Part shown: positions 26,301 to 41,300 of the stretch, in pieces
Numbering within the stretch: the first letter of the stretch is position 1
Layout of the letters: every line of letters starts with the position of its first letter
Origin: Eledone cirrhosa
Taxonomy: Eukaryota
DNA length: 64,000 bases
Assembly: GCA_964016885.1 (NCBI GenBank)
Contig: OZ024741.1
Location: forward strand, 36,704,001-36,768,000
Direction: 5' to 3'
Notes under the pieces: generated by a model
What the model was told of the DNA's origin: nothing
The model's input: only the letters and a program-made list of their open reading frames with translations
Database searches by the model: none
Translations under genes and position numbers: made by a program

Positions 26301-29300
26301 GACCAGTCATTTAGAGACTTCATCTTAGACTGTGTTGAAAGTAAAGCAATTACACCATAGACCAGTCATTTAGAGCCTTCATCTTAGACTGTGTTGAAAC
26401 TAAAGCAATTACACCATAGACTAGTCATTTAGAGCCTTCATGTTAGACCGTTGAAACTAAAGCAATTACATCATAGATCAGTCATTTAGAGCCTTCATCT
26501 TAGACTGTGTTGAAACTAAAGCAATTACACCATAGACCAGTCATTTAGAGACTTCATCTTAGACTGTGTTGAAACTAAAGCAATTACACCATAGACTAGT
26601 CATTTAGAGCCTTCATCTTAGACTGTTGAAACTAAAGCAATTACATCATAGACCAGTCATTTAGAGCCTTCATCTTAGACTGTATTGAAACTAAAGCAAT
26701 TACACCATAGACCAGACATTTAGAGCCTTCATCTTAGACTGTGTTGAAACTAAAGCAATTACACCATAGACCAGTCATTTAGAGACTTCATCTTAGACTG
26801 TGTTGAAACTAAAGCAAGTACACCATAGACCAGACATTTAGAGACTTCATCTTAGACTGTTGAAACTAAAGCAATTACACCATAGACCAGTCATTTAGAG
26901 CCTTCATCTTAGACTGTTGAAACTAAAGCAATTACACCATAGACCAGACATTTAGAGACTTCATCTTAGACTGTTGAAACTAAAGCAATTACACCATAGA
27001 CCAGTCATTTAGAGCCTTCATCTTAGACTGTGTTGAAACTAAAGCAATTACACCATAGACCAGACATTTAGAGACTTCATCTTAGACTGTTGAAACTAAA
27101 GCAATTACACCATAGACCAGTCATTTAGAGCCTTCATCTTAGACTGTGTTGAAACTAAAGCAATTACACCATAGACCAGACATTTAGAGACTTCATCTTA
27201 GACTGTTGAAACTAAAGCAATTACACCATAGACCAGTCATTTAGAGCCTTCATCTTAGACTGTGTTGAAACTAAAGCAATTACACCATAGACTAGTCATT
27301 TAGAGCCTTCATCTTAGACTGTTGAAACTAAAGCAATTACATCATAGACCAGACATTTAGAGCCTTCATCTTAGACTGTGTTGAAACTAAAGCAATTACA
27401 CCATAGACCAGACATTTAGAGCCTTCATCTTAGACTGTGTTGAAACTAATGCAATTACACCATAGACCAGTCATTTAGAGCCTTCATCTTAGACTGTGTT
27501 GAAACTAAAGCAATTACACCATAGACCAGACATTTAGAGACTTCATCTTAGACTGTGTTGAAACTAAAGCAATTACACCATAGACCAGACATTTAGAGAC
27601 TTCATCTTAGACTGTATTGAAACTAAAGCAATTACACCATAGACCAGTCATTTAGAGACTTCATCTTAGACTGTGTTGAAACTAAAGCAATTACACCATA
27701 GACCAGTCATTTAGAGCCTTCATCTTAGACTGTATTGAAACTAAAGCAATTACACCATAGACCAGTCATTTAGAGCCTTCATCTTAGACTGTGTTGAAAC
27801 TAAAGCAATTACAGCATAGACCAGTCATTTAGAGACTTCATCTTAGACTGTGTTGAAACTAAAGCAATTACACCATAGACCAGTCATTTAGAGCCTTCAT
27901 CTTAGACTGTGTTGAAACTAAAGCAATTACACCATAGACCAGTCATTTAGAGCCTTCATCTTAGACTGTGTTGAAACTAAAGCAATTACACCATAGACCA
28001 GTCATTTAGAGACTTCATCTTAGACTGTGTTGAAACTAAAGCAATTACACCATAGACCAGTCATTTAGAGACTTCATCTTAGACTGTGTTGAAACTAAAG
28101 CAATTACACCATAGACCAGACATTTAGAGACTTCATCTTAGACTGTGTTGAAACTAAAGCAATTACACCATAGACCAGTCATTTAGAGACTTCATCTTAG
28201 ACTGTGTTGAAACTAAAGCAATTACACCATAGACCAGTCATTTAGAGCCTTCATCTTAGACTGTGTTGAAACTAAAGCAATTACACCATAGACTAGTCAT
28301 TTAGAGCCTTCATCTTAGACTGTTGAAACTAAAGCAATTACACCATAGCCCAGTCATTTAGAGCCTTCATCTTAGACTGTGTTGAAACTAAAGCAATTAC
28401 ACCATAGACTAGTCATTTGGAGCCTTCATCTTAGACTGTTGAAACTAAAGCAATTACATCATAGACCAGACATTTAGAGACTTCATCTTAGACTGTGTTG
28501 AAACTAAAGCAATTACACCATAGACCAGTCATTTAGAGACTTCATCTTAGACTGTGTTGAAAGTAAAGCAATTACACCATAGACCAGTCATTTAGAGCCT
28601 TCATCTTAGACTGTGTTGAAACTAAAGCAATTACACCATAGACTAGTCATTTAGAGCCTTCATGTTAGACCGTTGAAACTAAAGCAATTACATCATAGAT
28701 CAGTCATTTAGAGCCTTCATCTTAGACTGTGTTGAAACTAAAGCAATTACACCATAGACCAGTCATTTAGAGACTTCATCTTAGACTGTGTTGAAACTAA
28801 AGCAATTATACCATAGACCAGTCATTTAGAGCCTTCATCTTAGACTGTGTTGAAACTAAAGCAATTACACCATAGACTAGTCATTTAGAGCCTTCATCTT
28901 AGACTGTTGAAACTAAAGCAATTACATCATAGACCAGTCATTTAGAGCCTTCATCTTAGACTGTATTGAAACTAAAGCAATTACACCATAGACCAGACAT
29001 TTAGAGCCTTCATCTTAGACTGTGTTGAAACTAAAGCAATTACACCATAGACCAGTCATTTAGAGACTTCATCTTAGACTGTGTTGAAACTAAAGCAAGT
29101 ACACCATAGACCAGACATTTAGAGACTTCATCTTAGACTGTTGAAACTAAAGCAATTACACCATAGACCAGTCATTTAGAGCCTTCATCTTAGACTGTTG
29201 AAACTAAAGCAATTACACCATAGACCAGACATTTAGAGACTTCATCTTAGACTGTTGAAACTAAAGCAATTACACCATAGACCAGTCATTTAGAGCCTTC

Positions 29301-32300
29301 ATCTTAGACTGTGTTGAAACTAAAGCAATTACACCATAGACCAGACATTTAGAGACTTCATCTTAGACTGTTGAAACTAAAGCAATTACACCATAGACCA
29401 GTCATTTAGAGCCTTCATCTTAGACTGTGTTGAAACTAAAGCAATTACACCATAGACCAGACATTTAGAGACTTCATCTTAGACTGTTGAAACTAAAGCA
29501 ATTACACCATAGACCAGTCATTTAGAGCCTTCATCTTAGACTGTGTTGAAACTAAAGCAATTACACCATAGACCAGTCATTTAGAGACTTCATCTTAGAC
29601 TGTGTTGAAAGTAAAGCAATTACACCATAGACCAGTCATTTAGAGCCTTCATCTTAGACTATGTTGAAACTAAAGCAATTACACCATAGACCAGTCATTT
29701 AGAGACTTCATCTTAGACTGTGTTGAAACTAAAGCAATTACACCATAGACCAGTCATTTAGAGCATTCATCTTAGACTGTGTTGAAACTAAAGCAATTAC
29801 ATCATAGACCAGACATTTAGAGACTTCATCTTAGACTGTGTTGAAATTAAAGCAATTACATCATAGATCAGTTATTTAGAGCCTTCATCTTAGACTGTGT
29901 TGAAACTAAAGCAATTACCCCATAGACCAGTCATTTAGAGCCTTCATCTTAGACTGTGTTGAAACTAAAGCAATTACACCATAGACCAGTCATTTAGAGC
30001 CTTCATCTTAGAATGTGTTGAAACTAAAGCAATTACACCATAGACCAGTCATTTAGAGCCTTCATCTTAGACTATGTTGAAACTAAAGCAATTACATCAT
30101 AGACCAGTCATTTAGAGACTTCATCTTAGACTGTGTTGAAACTAAAGCAATTACATCATAGACCAGTCATTTAGAGACTTCATCTTAGACTGTGTTGAAA
30201 CTAAAGCAATTACACCATAGACCAGTCATTTAGAGCCTTCATCTTAGACTGTTGAAACTAAAGCAATTACACCATAGACCAGTCATTTAGAGACTTCATC
30301 TTAGACTGTGTTGAAACTAACGCAATTACACCATAGACCAGACATTTAGAGACTTCATCTTAGACTGTGTTGAAACTAAAGCAATTACACCATAGACCAG
30401 ACATTTAGAGACTTCATCTTAGACTGTGTTGAAACTAAAGCAATTACACCATTGACCAGACATTTAGAGACTTCATCTTAGACTGTGTTTAAACTAAAGC
30501 AATTACATTATAGACCAGTCATTTAGAGACTTCATCTTAGACTGTGTTGAAACTAAAGCAATTACACCATAGAACAGTCATTTAGAGACTTCATCTTAGA
30601 CTGTGTTGAAACTAAAGCAATTACACCATAGACCAGACATTTAGAGACTTCCTCTTAGACTGTGTTGAAACTAAAGCAATTACATCATAGACCAGTCATT
30701 TAGAGACTTCATCTTAGACTGTGTTGAAACTAAAGCAATTACACCATAGACCAGTCATTTAGAGCTTTCATCTTAGACTGTGTTGAAACTAAAGCAATTA
30801 CACCATAGACCAGTCATTTAGAGCCTTCATCTTAGAATGTGTTGAAACTAAAGCAATAACACCATAGACCAGTCATTTAGAGCCTTCATCTTAGACTGTG
30901 TTGAAACTAAAGCAATTACATCATAGATCAGTTATTTAGAGCCTTCATCTTAGACTGTGTTGAAACTAAAGCAATTACACCATAGACCAGTCATTTAGAG
31001 CCTTCATCTTAGACTGTGTTGAAACTAAAGCAATTACACCATAGACCAGTCATTTAGAGCCTTCATCTTAGAATGTGTTGAAACTAAAGCAATTACACCA
31101 TAGACCAGTCATTTAGAGCCTTCATCTTAGACTGTTGAAACTAAAGCAATTACACCATAGACCAGTCATTTAGAGCCTTCATCTTAGACTGTGTTGAAAC
31201 TAAAGCAATTACACCATAGACCAGTCATTTAGAGACTTCATCTTAGACTGTGTTGAAACTAAAGCAATTACACCATAGACCAGTCATTTAGAGCCTTCAT
31301 CTTAGACCGTGTTGAAACTAAAGCAATTACACCATAGACCAGTCATTTAGAGCCTTCATCTTAGACTATGTTGAAACTAAAGCAATTACATCATAGACCA
31401 GTCATTTAGAGACTTCATCTTAGACTGTGTTGAAACTAAAGCAATTACACCATAGACCAGTCATTTAGAGACTTCATCTTAGACTGTGTTGAAACTAAAG
31501 CAATTACATCATAGACCAGTCATTTAGAGACTTCATCTTAGACTGTGTTGAAACTAAAGCAATTACATCATAGACCAGTCATTTAGAGACTTCATCTTAG
31601 ACTGTGTTGAAACTAAAGCAATTACACCATAGACCAGTCATTTAGAGCCTTCATCTTAGACTGTTGAAACTAAAGCAATTACACCATAGACCAGTCATTT
31701 AGAGCCTTCATCTTAGACTGTGTTGAAACTAAAGCAATTACACCATAGACCAGTCATTTAGAGACTTCATCTTAGACTGTGTTGAAACTAAAGCAATTAC
31801 ACCATAGACCAGTCATTTAGAGCCTTCATCTTAGACTGTGTTGAAACTAAAGCAATTACACCATAGACCAGTCATTTAGAGCCTTCATCTTAGACTGTGT
31901 TGAAACTAAAGCAATTACACCATAGACCAGTCATTTAGTGCCTTCATCTTAGACTGTGTTGAAACTAAAGCAATTACACCATAGACTAGTCATTTAGAGA
32001 CTTCATCTTAGACTGTTGAAACTAAAGCAATTACACCATAGATCAGTCATTTAGAGCCTTCATCTTAGACTGTGTTGAAAGTAAAGCAATTACACCATAG
32101 ACCAGTCATTTAGAGCCTTCATCTTAGACTGTGTTGAAACTAAAGCACTTACACCATAGACCAGTAATTTAGAGACTTCATCTTAGACTGTGTTGAAACT
32201 AAAGCAATTACACCATAGACCTGTCATTTAGAGACTTCATCTTAGACTGTGTTGAAACTAAAGCAATTACACCATAGACCAGTCATTTAGAGCCTTCATC

Positions 32301-35300
32301 TTAGAATGTGTTGAAACTAAAGCAATTACACCATAGACCAGTTATTTAGAGCCTTCATCTTAGACTGTTGAAACTAAAGCAATTACACCATAGACCAGTC
32401 ATTTAGAGCCTTCATCTTAGACTGTGTTGAAATTAAAGCAATTACACCATAGACCAGTCATTTAGAGACTTCATCTTAGACTGTGTTGAAACTAAAGCAA
32501 TTACACCATAGACCAGTCATTTAGAGCCTTCATCTTAGACTGTGTTGAAACTAAAGCAATTACACCATAGACCAGTCATTTAGAGACTTCATCTTAGACT
32601 GTGTTGAAACTAAAGCAATTACACCATAGACCTGTCATTTAGAGCCTTCATCTTAGACTGTGTTGAAACTAAAGCAATTACATCATAGACCAGTCATTTA
32701 GAGACTTCACCTCAGACTGTGTTGAAACTAAAGCAATTACATCATAGACCAGTCATTTAGAGACTTCATCTTAGACTGTGTTGAAACTAAAGCAATTACA
32801 TCATAGACCAGTCATTTAGAGACTTCATCTTAGACTGTGTTGAAACTAAACCAATTACACCATAGACCAGACATTTAGAGACTTCATCTTAGACTGTGTT
32901 GAAACTAAAGCAATTACATCATAGACCAGACATTTAGAGCCTTCATCTTAGACTGTGTTGAAACTAAAGCAATTACACCATAGGCCAGACATTTAGAGAC
33001 TTCATCTTAGACTGTGTTGAAACTAAAGCAATTACACCATAGACCAGACATTTAGAGACTTCATCTTAGACTGTGTTGAAACTAAAGCAATTACACCATA
33101 GACCAGTCATTTAGAGCCTTCATCTTAGAATGTGTTGAAACTAAAGCAATTACACCATAGACCAGTCATTTAGAGCCTTCATCTTAGACTGTTGAAACTA
33201 AAGCAATTACACCATAGACCAGTCATTTAGAGCCTTCATCTTAGACTGTGTTGAAACTAAAGCAATTACACCATAGACCAGTCATTTAGAGCCTTCATCT
33301 TAGACTGTGTTGAAACTAAAGCAATTACACCATAGACCAGACATTTAGAGCCTTCATCTTAGACTGTGTTGAAACTAAAGCAATTACACCATAGACCAGT
33401 CATTTAGAGACTTCATCTTAGACTGTTGAAACTAAAGCAATTACACCATAGACCAGTCATTTAGAGCCTTCATCTTAGACTGTGTTGAAACTAAAGCAAT
33501 TACACCATAGACCAGTCATTTAGAGACTTCATCTTAGACTGTGTTGAAACTAAAGCAATTACACCATAGACCAGTCATTTATAGACTTCATCTTAGACTG
33601 TTGAAACTAAAGCAATTACACCATAGATCAGTCATTTAGAGCCTTCATCTTAGACTGTGTTGAAACTAAAGCAATTACACCATAGACCAGTCATTTAGAG
33701 CCTTCATCTTAGACTGTGTTGAAACTAAAGCAATTACACCATAGACCAGTCATTTAGAGACTTCATCTTAGACTGTGTTGAAACTAAAGCAATTACACCA
33801 TAGACCAGTCATTTAGAGCCTTCATCTTAGACTGCGTTGAAACTAAAGCAATTACACCATAGACCAGACATTTAGTGACTTCATCTTAGACTGTGTTGAA
33901 ACTAAAGCAATTACACCATAGACCTGTCATTTAGAGCTTTCATCTTAGACTGTGTTGAAACTAGAGCAATTACATCGTAGACCAGTCATTTAGAGACTTC
34001 ATCTTAGACTGTGTTGAAACTAAAGCAATTACACCATAGACCAGTCATTTAGAGCTTTCATCTTAGACTGTGTTGAAACTAAAGCAATTACATCATAGAC
34101 CAGTCATTTAGAGACTTCATCTTAGAGTGTGTTGAAACTAAAGCAATTACACCATAGACCAGTCATTTAGAGCATTCATCTTAGACTGTGTTGAAACTAA
34201 AGTAATTACATCATAGACCAGTCATTTAGAGACTTCATCTTAGACTGTTGAAACTAAAGCAATTACATCATAGACCAGTCAATTAGAGCCTTCATCTTAG
34301 ACTGTTGAAACTAAAGCAATTACACCATAGACCAGTCATTTAGAGACTTCATCTTAGACTGTGTTGAAACTAAAGCAATTACACCATAGACTAGTCATTT
34401 AGAGCATTCATCTTAGACTGTGTTGAAACTAAAGCAATTACATCATAGACCAGTCATTTAGAGCCTTCATCTTAGACTGTTGAAACTAAAGCAATTACAC
34501 CATAGACCAGTCATTTAGAGAGTTCATCTTAGACTGTGTTGAAACTAAAGCAATTACACCATAGACCAGTCATTTAGAGACTTCATCTTAGACTGTGTTG
34601 AAACTAAAGCAATTACACCATAGACCAGTCATTTAGAGCCTTCATCTTAGACTGTGTTGAAACTAAAGCAATTACATCATAGACCAGTCATTTAGAGACT
34701 TCACCTCAGACTGTGTTGAAACTAAAGCAATTACATCATAGACCAGTCATTTAGAGACTTCATCTTAGACTGTGTTGAAACTAAAGCAATTACATCATAG
34801 ACCAGTCATTTAGAGACTTCATCTTAGACTGTGTTGAAACTAAACCAATTACACCATAGACCAGACATTTAGAGACTTCATCTTAGACTGTGTTGAAACT
34901 AAAGCAATTACATCATAGACCAGACATTTAGAGCCTTCATCTTAGACTGTGTTGAAACTAAAGCAATTACACCATAGGCCAGACATTTAGAGACTTCATC
35001 TTAGACTGTGTTGAAACTAAAGCAATTACACCATAGACCAGACATTTAGAGACTTCATCTTAGACTGTGTTGAAACTAAAGCAATTTCACCATAGACCAG
35101 TCATTTAGAGCCTTCATCTTAGAATGTGTTGAAACTAAAGCAATTACACCATAGACCAGTCATTTAGAGCCTTCATCTTAGACTGTTGAAACTAAAGCAA
35201 TTACACCATAGACCAGTCATTTAGAGCCTTCATCTTAGACTGTGTTGAAACTAAAGCAATTACACCATAGACCAGTCATTTAGAGACTTCATCTTAGACT

Positions 35301-38300
35301 GTGTTGAAACTAAAGCAATTACACCATAGACCAGTCATTTAGAGCCTTCATCTTAGACTGTGTTGAAACTAAAGCAATTACACCATAGACCAGTCATTTA
35401 GAGCCTTCATCTTAGACTGTGTTGAAACTAAAGCAATTACACCATAGACCAGTCATTTAGAGACTTCATCTTAGACTGTGTTGAAACTAAAGCAATTACA
35501 CCATAGACCAGTCATTTAGAGAGTTCATCTTAGACTGTGTTGAAACTAAAGCAATTACACCATAGACCAGTCATTTAGAGACTTCATCTTAGACTGTGTT
35601 GAAACTAAAGCAATTACACCATAGACCAGTCATTTAGAGCCTTCATCTTAGACTGTGTTGAAACTAAAGCAATTACATCATAGACCAGTCATTTAGAGAC
35701 TTCACCTCAGACTGTGTTGAAACTAAAGCAATTACATCATAGACCAGTCATTTAGAGACTTCATCTTAGACTGTGTTGAAACTAAAGCAATTACATCATA
35801 GACCAGTCATTTAGAGACTTCATCTTAGACTGTGTTGAAACTAAACCAATTACACCATAGACCAGACATTTAGAGACTTCATCTTAGACTGTGTTGAAAC
35901 TAAAGCAATTACATCATAGACCAGACATTTAGAGCCTTCATCTTAGACTGTGTTGAAACTAAAGCAATTACACCATAGGCCAGACATTTAGAGACTTCAT
36001 CTTAGACTGTGTTGAAACTAAAGCAATTACACCATAGACCAGACATTTAGAGACTTCATCTTAGACTGTGTTGAAACTAAAGCAATTACACCTTAGACCA
36101 GTCATTTAGAGCCTTCATCTTAGACTGTGTTGAAACTAAAGCAATTACACCATAGACCAGTCATTTAGAGACTTCATCTTAGACTGTGTTGAAACTAAAG
36201 CAATTACACCATAGACCAGTCATTTAGAGCCTTCATCTTAGACTGTGTTGAAACTAAAGCAATTACACCATAGACCAGTCATTTAGAGCCTTCATCTTAG
36301 ACTGTGTTGAAACTAAAGCAATTACACCATAGACCAGTCATTTAGAGACTTCATCTTAGACTGTGTTGAAACTAAAGCAATTACACCATAGACCTGTCAT
36401 TTAGAGCCTTCATCTTAGACTGTGTTGAAACTAAAGCAATTACATCATAGACCAGTCATTTAGAGACTTCACCTCAGACTGTGTTGAAACTAAAGCAATT
36501 ACATCATAGACCAGTCATTTAGAGACTTCATCTTAGACTGTGTTGAAACTAAAGCAATTACATCATAGACCAGTCATTTAGAGACTTCATCTTAGACTGT
36601 GTTGAAACTAAACCAATTACACCATAGACCAGACATTTAGAGACTTCATCTTAGACTGTGTTGAAACTAAAGCAATTACATCATAGACCAGACATTTAGA
36701 GCCTTCATCTTAGACTGTGTTGAAACTAAAGCAATTACACCATAGGCCAGACATTTAGAGACTTCATCTTAGACTGTGTTGAAACTAAAGCAATTACACC
36801 ATAGACCAGACATTTAGAGACTTCATCTTAGACTGTGTTGAAACTAAAGCAATTACACCATAGACCAGTCATTTAGAGCCTTCATCTTAGAATGTGTTGA
36901 AACTAAAGCAATTACACCATAGACCAGTCATTTAGAGCCTTCATCTTAGACTGTTGAAACTAAAGCAATTACACCATAGACCAGTCATTTAGAGCCTTCA
37001 TCTTAGACTGTGTTGAAACTAAAGCAATTACACCATAGACCAGTCATTTAGAGCCTTCATCTTAGACTGTGTTGAAACTAAAGCAATTACACCATAGACC
37101 AGACATTTAGAGCCTTCATCTTAGACTGTGTTGAAACTAAAGCAATTACACCATAGACCAGTCATTTAGAGACTTCATCTTAGACTGTTGAAACTAAAGC
37201 AATTACACCATAGACCAGTCATTTAGAGCCTTCATCTTAGACTGTGTTGAAACTAAAGCAATTACACCATAGACCAGTCATTTATAGACTTCATCTTAGA
37301 CTGTTGAAACTAAAGCAATTACACCATAGATCAGTCATTTAGAGCCTTCATCTTAGACTGTTGAAACTAAAGCAATTACACCATAGACCAGTCATTTAGA
37401 GCCTTCATCTTAGGCTGTGTTGAAACTAGAGCAATTACATCGTAGACCAGTCATTTAGAGACTTCATCTTAGACTGTGTTGAAACTAAAGCAATTACACC
37501 ATAGACCAGTCATTTAGAGCTTTCATCTTAGACTGTGTTGAAACTAAAGCAATTACATCATAGACCAGTCATTTAGAGACTTCATCTTAGAGTGTGTTGA
37601 AACTAAAGCAATTACACCATAGACCAGTCATTTAGAGCATTCATCTTAGACTGTGTTGAAACTAAAGTAATTACATCATAGACCAGTCATTTAGAGACTT
37701 CATCTTAGACTGTTGAAACTAAAGCAATTACATCATAGACCAGTCAATTAGAGCCTTCATCTTAGACTGTTGAAACTAAAGCAATTACACCATAGACCAG
37801 TCATTTAGAGACTTCATCTTAGACTGTGTTGAAACTAAAGCAATTACACCATAGACTAGTCATTTAGAGCATTCATCTTAGACTGTGTTGAAACTAAAGC
37901 AATTACATCATAGACCAGTCATTTAGAGCCTTCATCTTAGACTGTTGAAACTAAAGCAATTACACCATAGACCAGTCATTTAGAGAGTTCATCTTAGACT
38001 GTGTTGAAACTAAAGCAATTACACCATAGACCAGTCATTTAGAGACTTCATCTTAGACTGTGTTGAAACTAAAGCAATTACACCATAGACCAGTCATTTA
38101 GAGCCTTCATCTTAGACTGTGTTGAAACTAAAGCAATTACATCATAGACCAGTCATTTAGAGACTTCACCTCAGACTGTGTTGAAACTAAAGCAATTACA
38201 TCATAGACCAGTCATTTAGAGACTTCATCTTAGACTGTGTTGAAACTAAAGCAATTACATCATAGACCAGTCATTTAGAGACTTCATCTTAGACTGTGTT

Positions 38301-41300
38301 GAAACTAAACCAATTACACCATAGACCAGACATTTAGAGACTTCATCTTAGACTGTGTTGAAACTAAAGCAATTACATCATAGACCAGACATTTAGAGCC
38401 TTCATCTTAGACTGTGTTGAAACTAAAGCAATTACACCATAGGCCAGACATTTAGAGACTTCATCTTAGACTGTGTTGAAACTAAAGCAATTACACCATA
38501 GACCAGACATTTAGAGACTTCATCTTAGACTGTGTTGAAACTAAAGCAATTACACCATAGACCAGTCATTTAGAGCCTTCATCTTAGAATGTGTTGAAAC
38601 TAAAGCAATTACACCATAGACCAGTCATTTAGAGCCTTCATCTTAGACTGTTGAAACTAAAGCAATTACACCATAGACCAGTCATTTAGAGCCTTCATCT
38701 TAGACTGTGTTGAAACTAAAGCAATTACACCATAGACCAGTCATTTAGAGACTTCATCTTAGACTGTGTTGAAACTAAAGCAATTACACCATAGACCAGT
38801 CATTTAGAGCCTTCATCTTAGACTGTGTTGAAACTAAAGCAATTACACCATAGACCAGTCATTTAGAGCCTTCATCTTAGACTGTGTTGAAACTAAAGCA
38901 ATTACACCATAGACCAGTCATTTAGAGACTTCATCTTAGACTGTGTTGAAACTAAAGCAATTACACCATAGACCTGTCATTTAGAGCCTTCATCTTAGAC
39001 TGTGTTGAAACTAAAGCAATTACATCATAGACCAGTCATTTAGAGACTTCACCTCAGACTGTGTTGAAACTAAAGCAATTACATCATAGACCAGTCATTT
39101 AGAGACTTCATCTTAGACTGTGTTGAAACTAAAGCAATTACATCATAGACCAGTCATTTAGAGACTTCATCTTAGACTGTGTTGAAACTAAACCAATTAC
39201 ACCATAGACCAGACATTTAGAGACTTCATCTTAGACTGTGTTGAAACTAAAGCAATTACATCATAGACCAGACATTTAGAGCCTTCATCTTAGACTGTGT
39301 TGAAACTAAAGCAATTACACCATAGGCCAGACATTTAGAGACTTCATCTTAGACTGTGTTGAAACTAAAGCAATTACACCATAGACCAGACATTTAGAGA
39401 CTTCATCTTAGACTGTGTTGAAACTAAAGCAATTACACCATAGACCAGTCATTTAGAGCCTTCATCTTAGAATGTGTTGAAACTAAAGCAATTACACCAT
39501 AGACCAGTCATTTAGAGCCTTCATCTTAGACTGTTGAAACTAAAGCAATTACACCATAGACCAGTCATTTAGAGCCTTCATCTTAGACTGTGTTGAAACT
39601 AAAGCAATTACACCATAGACCAGTCATTTAGAGCCTTCATCTTAGACTGTGTTGAAACTAAAGCAATTACACCATAGACCAGACATTTAGAGCCTTCATC
39701 TTAGACTGTGTTGAAACTAAAGCAATTACACCATAGACCAGTCATTTAGAGACTTCATCTTAGACTGTTGAAACTAAAGCAATTACACCATAGACCAGTC
39801 ATTTAGAGCCTTCATCTTAGACTGTGTTGAAACTAAAGCAATTACACCATAGACCAGTCATTTATAGACTTCATCTTAGACTGTTGAAACTAAAGCAATT
39901 ACACCATAGATCAGTCATTTAGAGCCTTCATCTTAGACTGTTGAAACTAAAGCAATTACACCATAGACCAGTCATTTAGAGCCTTCATCTTAGACTGTGT
40001 TGAAACTAAAGCAATTACACCATAGACCAGTCATTTAGAGACTTCATCTTAGACTGTGTTGAAACTAAAGCAATTACACCATAGACCAGTCATTTAGAGC
40101 CTTCATCTTAGACTGCGTTGAAACTAAAGCAATTACACCATAGACCAGACATTTAGTGACTTCATCTTAGACTGTGTTGAAACTAAAGCAATTACACCAT
40201 AGACCTGTCATTTAGAGCTTTCATCTTAGACTGTGTTGAAACTAGAGCAATTACATCGTAGACCAGTCATTTAGAGACTTCATCTTAGACTGTTGAAACT
40301 AAAGCAATTACATCATAGACCAGTCAATTAGAGCCTTCATCTTAGACTGTTGAAACTAAAGCAATTACACCATAGACCAGTCATTTAGAGACTTCATCTT
40401 AGACTGTGTTGAAACTAAAGCAATTACACCATAGACTAGTCATTTAGAGCATTCATCTTAGACTGTGTTGAAACTAAAGCAATTACATCATAGACCAGTC
40501 ATTTAGAGCCTTCATCTTAGACTGTTGAAACTAAAGCAATTACACCATAGACCAGTCATTTAGAGAGTTCATCTTAGACTGTGTTGAAACTAAAGCAATT
40601 ACACCATAGACCAGTCATTTAGAGACTTCATCTTAGACTGTGTTGAAACTAAAGCAATTACACCATAGACCAGTCATTTAGAGCCTTCATCTTAGACTGT
40701 GTTGAAACTAAAGCAATTACATCATAGACCAGTCATTTAGAGACTTCACCTCAGACTGTGTTGAAACTAAAGCAATTACATCATAGACCAGTCATTTAGA
40801 GACTTCATCTTAGACTGTGTTGAAACTAAAGCAATTACATCATAGACCAGTCATTTAGAGACTTCATCTTAGACTGTGTTGAAACTAAACCAATTACACC
40901 ATAGACCAGACATTTAGAGACTTCATCTTAGACTGTGTTGAAACTAAAGCAATTACATCATAGACCAGACATTTAGAGCCTTCATCTTAGACTGTGTTGA
41001 AACTAAATCAATTACACCATAGGCCAGACATTTAGAGACTTCATCTTAGACTGTGTTGAAACTAAAGCAATTACACCATAGACCAGACATTTAGAGACTT
41101 CATCTTAGACTGTGTTGAAACTAAAGCAATTACACCATAGACCAGTCATTTAGAGCCTTCATCTTAGAATGTGTTGAAACTAAAGCAATTACACCATAGA
41201 CCAGTCATTTAGAGCCTTCATCTTAGACTGTTGAAACTAAAGCAATTACACCATAGACCAGTCATTTAGAGCCTTCATCTTAGACTGTGTTGAAACTAAA

